Source: a virus
Taxonomy: Duplodnaviria > Heunggongvirae > Uroviricota > Caudoviricetes
IMG/VR virus record: IMGVR_UViG_2648501165_000018
Location: 1 to 9,137 of that record
Direction: 5' to 3' (one strand)
DNA: 9,137 nt
Part shown: positions 6,013 through 9,137 of the stretch, piece by piece
Position numbering within the stretch: the stretch's first letter is position 1
Layout of the letters: each line of letters opens with the position of its first letter
Made by a program: the position numbers and the translations under genes
The notes under the pieces: generated by a model
Told to the model about the DNA's origin: nothing
The model's database searches: none
Seen by the model: only the letters and a program-made list of their open reading frames with translations

Positions 6013-6705
6013 TTAATTGTGTCGCTTAAGGGTTTGTGACTGGCTGATTAAGACCTTTCCAAAGACCATAAACCGGTGTTCATTTTCGCTGGTAATTCCC
6101 CATTCACGATAAATCTGGTTATCAGAAATCACCAGTAGTTTGTCAGGTATCATTTGCAGTCGTTTGACATAAATTTTATCATCAAAACCAAATACATAGA
6201 TACCATCTCCATCAAACTGATTGATACTGACATCAACGAAGATGAGATCTCCTGGCTCAATGGTTGGACACATACTGTCCCCACGAACGTTGATAACTTT
6301 AATGTGATTTGCTGGCCGTCCGCCAAACATCGATACAGCATTATCAGTTCTGTATTCAATGGCATGAATCACATCAATGACATCTCCGCCCTGGATAAGG
6401 CCATTTCCCGCACTGGCACTGATATCCAGCATTTCAATACGGAATACATCCTTCACCTGCGCAATATCCTCACTAATACTGTTTTTACATACAGTATTAC
6501 TTTTGAAGTCTGAGGTAAAGAGATCAGCAATATCAACACCTAAGCTCCTGGCAATATTACTCAGGGCTTGTTCAGTGAATTGTTTCTGCTTACCTGTTTC
6601 GAGGCGCGAGATATTCGCCGCATCCACTCCTATTGCTTCAGCGAGATCGGCGATTTTCATGTTCTTCGCCTGGCGAAGTTGTCTGACTCGATTTCCTATG
6701 TTCAT
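6013..6705 (-). CDS. CI-like prophage repressor (HTH-XRE N-terminal domain + S24 LexA-like autopeptidase domain)
   Basis: 230 aa. N-terminal HTH (VRQLRQAKNMKIADLAEAIGVDAANISRLETGK). C-terminal S24 signature with the catalytic Ser in RGDSMCPTIEPGDLIFVD and the Lys in IYVKRL, plus an Ala-Gly candidate cleavage site (SASAGNG). Divergent from the Cro-like gene. The -10-like TGTAAT ends 6 nt before the ATG, suggesting a leaderless or short-leader mRNA as with lambda PRM. Confidence 0.8.
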   Translation of the reverse strand: MNIGNRVRQLRQAKNMKIADLAEAIGVDAANISRLETGKQKQFTEQALSNIARSLGVDIADLFTSDFKSNTVCKNSISEDIAQVKDVFRIEMLDISASAGNGLIQGGDVIDVIHAIEYRTDNAVSMFGGRPANHIKVINVRGDSMCPTIEPGDLIFVDVSINQFDGDGIYVFGFDDKIYVKRLQMIPDKLLVISDNQIYREWGITSENEHRFMVFGKVLISQSQTLKRHN

Positions 6706-6802
6706 GCGTTTATTACATTTCTTTATTGCGCGTTAAGCAAATCAACTTGCGCAAAATATTTGCGTGAAATAATATGCTCATCACGCAATATGTGGAGGTT
6801 AT
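6706..6802. promoter_or_regulatory. divergent immunity control region (OR-like operators, PRM-like and PR-like promoters)
   Basis: Operator-like sites: TTGCGCGTTAAGCAA (6726-6740), the palindromic TTGCGCAA (6747-6754), and the inverted repeat TTGCGTGA (6760-6767) / TCACGCAA (6781-6788). Rightward candidate promoter: -35 TTGCGC (6747-6752), 17-bp spacer, -10 TAATAT (6770-6775). Leftward candidate promoter: -35 TTGCTT (6735-6740 on minus), 17-bp spacer, -10 TGTAAT (6712-6717 on minus). SD GGAGG (6794-6798) precedes the cro-like ATG at 6803. Confidence 0.45.
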
Positions 6803-7063
6803 ATGCAATCACCATTACGGAATGTGCGTAAGGCGCACGGATTTACTTTGCAGCATGTTGCTGCGGGCGTTCAGGTCAATCCAGCGACGCTGAGTCGTAT
6901 TGAAAGACTGGAACAAATTCCATCTATCGAGCTTGCAGAACGTCTGGCCAATTTTTTTAAGGGAGAAATCAGCGAAATGCAGATTCTCTATCCTGCACGC
7001 TTTCAATCTAGTCAAAACCGGAATGAGTTAAAACCACAGGAACAGGAGGTAAGCCGTGGGTAA
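6803..7063 (+). CDS. Cro-like HTH-XRE transcriptional regulator
   Basis: 86 aa. HTH (LRNVRKAHGFTLQHVAAGVQVNPATLSRIERLE). First gene rightward of the repressor, preceded by GGAGG. Confidence 0.7.
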   Translation: MQSPLRNVRKAHGFTLQHVAAGVQVNPATLSRIERLEQIPSIELAERLANFFKGEISEMQILYPARFQSSQNRNELKPQEQEVSRG

Positions 7064-7607
7064 GCATCACTGGAAAGTGGAAAAACAGCCTGAGTGGTAC
7101 GTGAAAGCTGTCAGAAAAACTATCGCGGCGTTGCCGGGGGGTTACGCTGAAGCTGCTGAGTGGCTGGATGTAACAGAGAACGCTTTATTCAACCGCCTTC
7201 GTGCCGATGGCGATCAGTTTTTTCCGTTGGGATGGGCAATGGTTTTACAGCGTGCGGCTGGTACTCACCACATTGCGGATGCTGTCGCACAGTCTGCTGG
7301 TGGGGTGTTTGTATCACTTCCAGAAATTGAGGAAGTAGAGAACGCCGATATAAACCAGCGCCTGCTGGAAGTCATCGAACAGATCGGGAGTTACTCAAAG
7401 CAGATTCGTTCGGCAATCGAAGATGGGGTAGTGGAGCCACACGAGCAGACAGCAATTAATGATGAGTTGTATCTGTCAATTTCGAAGCTCCAGGAGCATG
7501 CAGCACTGGTCTACAAAATCTTCTGCGCTCCAGAAAAGAGTAACGCCCGCGAGTGTGCAGCTCCGGGCGTCGTGGCGTTTTGTGTCTGTGGAGAAACTAA
7601 CGCATGA
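7056..7607 (+). CDS. CII-like phage regulatory protein (186-CII/CP76-type, positional CII equivalent)
   Basis: 183 aa. GTG start at 7056 with a strong SD AGGAGGT (7044-7050) 5 nt upstream; overlaps the cro-like stop by 8 nt. Putative HTH GGYAEAAEWLDVTENALFNRLRADGDQ, followed by a …FFPLGWAMVLQRAAGTHHIADAVAQ… segment reminiscent of the phage 186 CII family as I recall it. Same position as cII in lambdoid layouts. Confidence 0.55.
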   Translation: MGKHHWKVEKQPEWYVKAVRKTIAALPGGYAEAAEWLDVTENALFNRLRADGDQFFPLGWAMVLQRAAGTHHIADAVAQSAGGVFVSLPEIEEVENADINQRLLEVIEQIGSYSKQIRSAIEDGVVEPHEQTAINDELYLSISKLQEHAALVYKIFCAPEKSNARECAAPGVVAFCVCGETNA

Positions 7608-8764
7608 ACAGTTTAACGGCAAATAACCGTTTGTCGCAACAGCTGGTGGTCAGTGTCGCTGCACACCTGTTGTTACGGCATGAATGCAGATTACCAAATC
7701 ACCTGGCTGTAAGTAACCACAGAGAACTTTACCTGACTGTGGGGGGCGAGTTGTGCAGGAACTTAACCGCTGGTTTCGTGACGGAAGAGGACTTTATGTT
7801 CATGTTATTCGTTGGGAGCCAGAAACACAGCGCGTTATCTATCTTCGCAAAGACTACCCGCATGAGTGCTTTAGTCCTTTGTGGAAATTCAGGCGTGATT
7901 TTGTTGAGTGTGAAGGACCACCAGCATATTGATTCTGCAATTCCGGGACGTTACACTGTTCAGGCACCTTATAAAGCGGGTGCCGGGATTGGCGTCCTGA
8001 AATTGTCAACGGCGATGTATGACGCGCCAGCGTCTTTTTTATCGTCCGCATTTGCTCACATCCAGATTATGGTGGGCTGGGCGGGGGCACCGAAAGGTGC
8101 GCCGGTCTCCGTTGACGCCGGTTACGCCAACCCCGTCCAGTTCACCACCAGTGAAATTGGCGTTTCCGGTGGTGGAAGTTTTTCACTGTCAACGGAGGCT
8201 GCCATCATGGCTACGATCCAAGCCCTCACTCAACCTGAAATCACCATTGACAACGGCCAGGCCGTTACCACTTCTTTGGCTGTTGCCAACTTCTTCTCCA
8301 AGCGTCACGACGATGTGCTGAAAAAGATCCGCACTCTGGATTGTTCCCCTGAGTTTTGTGCCCGCAATTTTGCGGAGACATCGATTTCGGTAAATCAACC
8401 GAACGGTGGTACACGCAAGCTCCCTTGCTATCAAATCACACGAGACGGTTTTGCGTTTCTTGCTATGGGTTTCACGGGTAAACGTGCTGCCCGGTTCAAA
8501 GAGGCATACATCAATGCCTTTAACCAGATGGAAAAACTGCTTTCAAAGCCATCCACGCTGAGCGATGCCGCAGATAACGCCAGCGTGCTTTACTCCCACC
8601 TGTCGGTAATCCACAAGGTCTGGCTGCAGCAGCTTTATCCTATGTTGGCAAAAGCTGAATCTCCGCTGGCTGTTAGCTTATATGATTATATTAATGATGC
8701 TTCGGCGCTGGCCTGCCTCATAAATTTGTCGCTGAACCCTTCAGAGGTAAGGGGGCGCAAATGA
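7604..8764 (+). CDS. Rha-domain phage regulatory protein (antirepressor-like); N-terminal extent uncertain
   Basis: The C-terminal ~185 aa (from the ATG at 8207, MATIQALTQPEITIDNGQAVTTSLAVANFFSKRHDDVLKKIRTL…ITRDGFAFLAMGFTGKRAARFKEAYINAFNQME) matches the Rha family as I recall it, and that ATG has a strong SD GGAGG 8 nt upstream. The frame is nevertheless open back to the ATG at 7604, which forms an ATGA junction with the CII-like gene; codon usage and the R/P/S-rich shadow frame argue that at least 8019-8206 is coding in this frame. The reported span is the full open frame. 8207..8764 is the conservative core. Confidence 0.5.
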   Translation: MNSLTANNRLSQQLVVSVAAHLLLRHECRLPNHLAVSNHRELYLTVGGELCRNLTAGFVTEEDFMFMLFVGSQKHSALSIFAKTTRMSALVLCGNSGVILLSVKDHQHIDSAIPGRYTVQAPYKAGAGIGVLKLSTAMYDAPASFLSSAFAHIQIMVGWAGAPKGAPVSVDAGYANPVQFTTSEIGVSGGGSFSLSTEAAIMATIQALTQPEITIDNGQAVTTSLAVANFFSKRHDDVLKKIRTLDCSPEFCARNFAETSISVNQPNGGTRKLPCYQITRDGFAFLAMGFTGKRAARFKEAYINAFNQMEKLLSKPSTLSDAADNASVLYSHLSVIHKVWLQQLYPMLAKAESPLAVSLYDYINDASALACLINLSLNPSEVRGRK

Positions 8765-8985
8765 TCCGGAATATTTTCAAACGGTTTACCAATCAGACTT
8801 TCCGTTGTCCTCGTCCGGGTCAGTGGTACACCACACCTGCAGGGCATGTTCTACGTGTTAGCCTGGTTGACCGTGAATGTCAGAAGGTGATTTGTGAACC
8901 GCTTGGCCGTAATTACCGCGTCAGTATGCCGCTTATAGCCTTTCGCTCCGGAAAAAACATGAAGCATCTCGGAGGTGCAGCATGA
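8761..8985 (+). CDS. hypothetical small phage protein (74 aa)
   Basis: ATGA overlap with the Rha ORF stop at 8761-8764 and a second ATGA overlap with the next gene's start at 8982-8985. Basic, Cys-containing (RCPRPGQW…RECQKVICEP). No domain recognised. Confidence 0.45.
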   Translation: MIRNIFKRFTNQTFRCPRPGQWYTTPAGHVLRVSLVDRECQKVICEPLGRNYRVSMPLIAFRSGKNMKHLGGAA

Positions 8986-9137
8986 GTATGGAGCTGATGG
9001 TTAAAGCGATGAAAATTCGAGTGGGTAATCCATTGCGAAAACTGGTTCTGATCAAGCTGGCTGATAATGCCAGCGATCAGGGTGAGTGCTGGCCCAGCTA
9101 CCAGCATATTGAACCGCCCCGGGTTTCCTGGAGAGTA
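8982..9137 (+). CDS. phage replication-initiation-type protein, N-terminal HTH fragment (truncated by window end)
   Basis: ATG at 8982 with SD GGAGG (8971-8975) 6 nt upstream. MSMELMVKAMKIRVGNPLRKLVLIKLADNASDQGECWPSYQHI… resembles the N-terminal winged-HTH of phage replication proteins (the …KLVLLALADHANDDGECFPS… pattern). Runs off the end of the window. Confidence 0.5.
   Translation, partial: MSMELMVKAMKIRVGNPLRKLVLIKLADNASDQGECWPSYQHIEPPRVSWRV

Noticed and set aside
7753-7932. Stand-alone 59-aa gene in the alternative frame, starting at GTG 7753
   Set aside because: It has no ATG, and only a G-rich stretch serves as a possible SD. The peptide is Arg-rich, which also fits an off-frame reading of a real gene. 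I kept it as part of the frame-ambiguity finding rather than as a feature.
1123-9107. Shadow ORFs antisense to or out of frame with the called genes (for example 1123..1401+, 1364..1561-, 1626..1901+, 2322..2507+, 2637..3026+, 3193..3408+, 3298..3561-, 4150..4395+, 5025..5393+, 6154..6513+, 6377..6736+, 6568..6831+, 6815..7015-, 7854..8051-, 8019..8321+, 8189..8434-, 8913..9107-)
   Set aside because: Each lies wholly inside or opposite a better-supported gene, lacks an RBS, and has the skewed composition (R/P/S/L-rich or low complexity) typical of non-coding frames.
1-9137. CRISPR arrays, tRNA or rRNA genes, integrase and att sites
   Set aside because: I found no regularly spaced direct repeats, no tRNA-like cloverleaf candidates, and no integrase or excisionase ORF. 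The prophage ends are presumably outside this window.

Overview
This window reads as the immunity and early region of a lambdoid (enterobacterial) prophage, with an AT-richer two-gene cargo module at its left edge. From right to left on the minus strand: a CI-like repressor with a LexA-type autocleavage domain (6013..6705), then an ORF-poor ~700 bp leader carrying operator-like repeats, an intrinsic terminator and an 89-bp inverted-repeat element, then a tightly coupled early-left operon. That operon encodes YfdP-, YfdQ- (DUF2303) and YfdR-like (HD-domain) proteins, four hypothetical proteins, a DEDDh 3'-5' exonuclease and a PrtN-like protein, and ends at a bidirectional terminator (994..1015). 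Rightward from the divergent cI/cro control region run a Cro-like HTH protein, a CII-like regulator, a long Rha-domain ORF whose N-terminal architecture is ambiguous, a 74-aa ORF and the start of an HTH replication protein truncated by the window edge. The best candidate for an undescribed system is the convergent pair at 1..995: a Panacea/DUF4065-like putative antitoxin followed by a 153-aa protein with no domain I recognise. All calls rest on reading the sequence and ORF track by eye and on recalled family signatures; no database search or alignment was run, so family and gene-name assignments are hypotheses.
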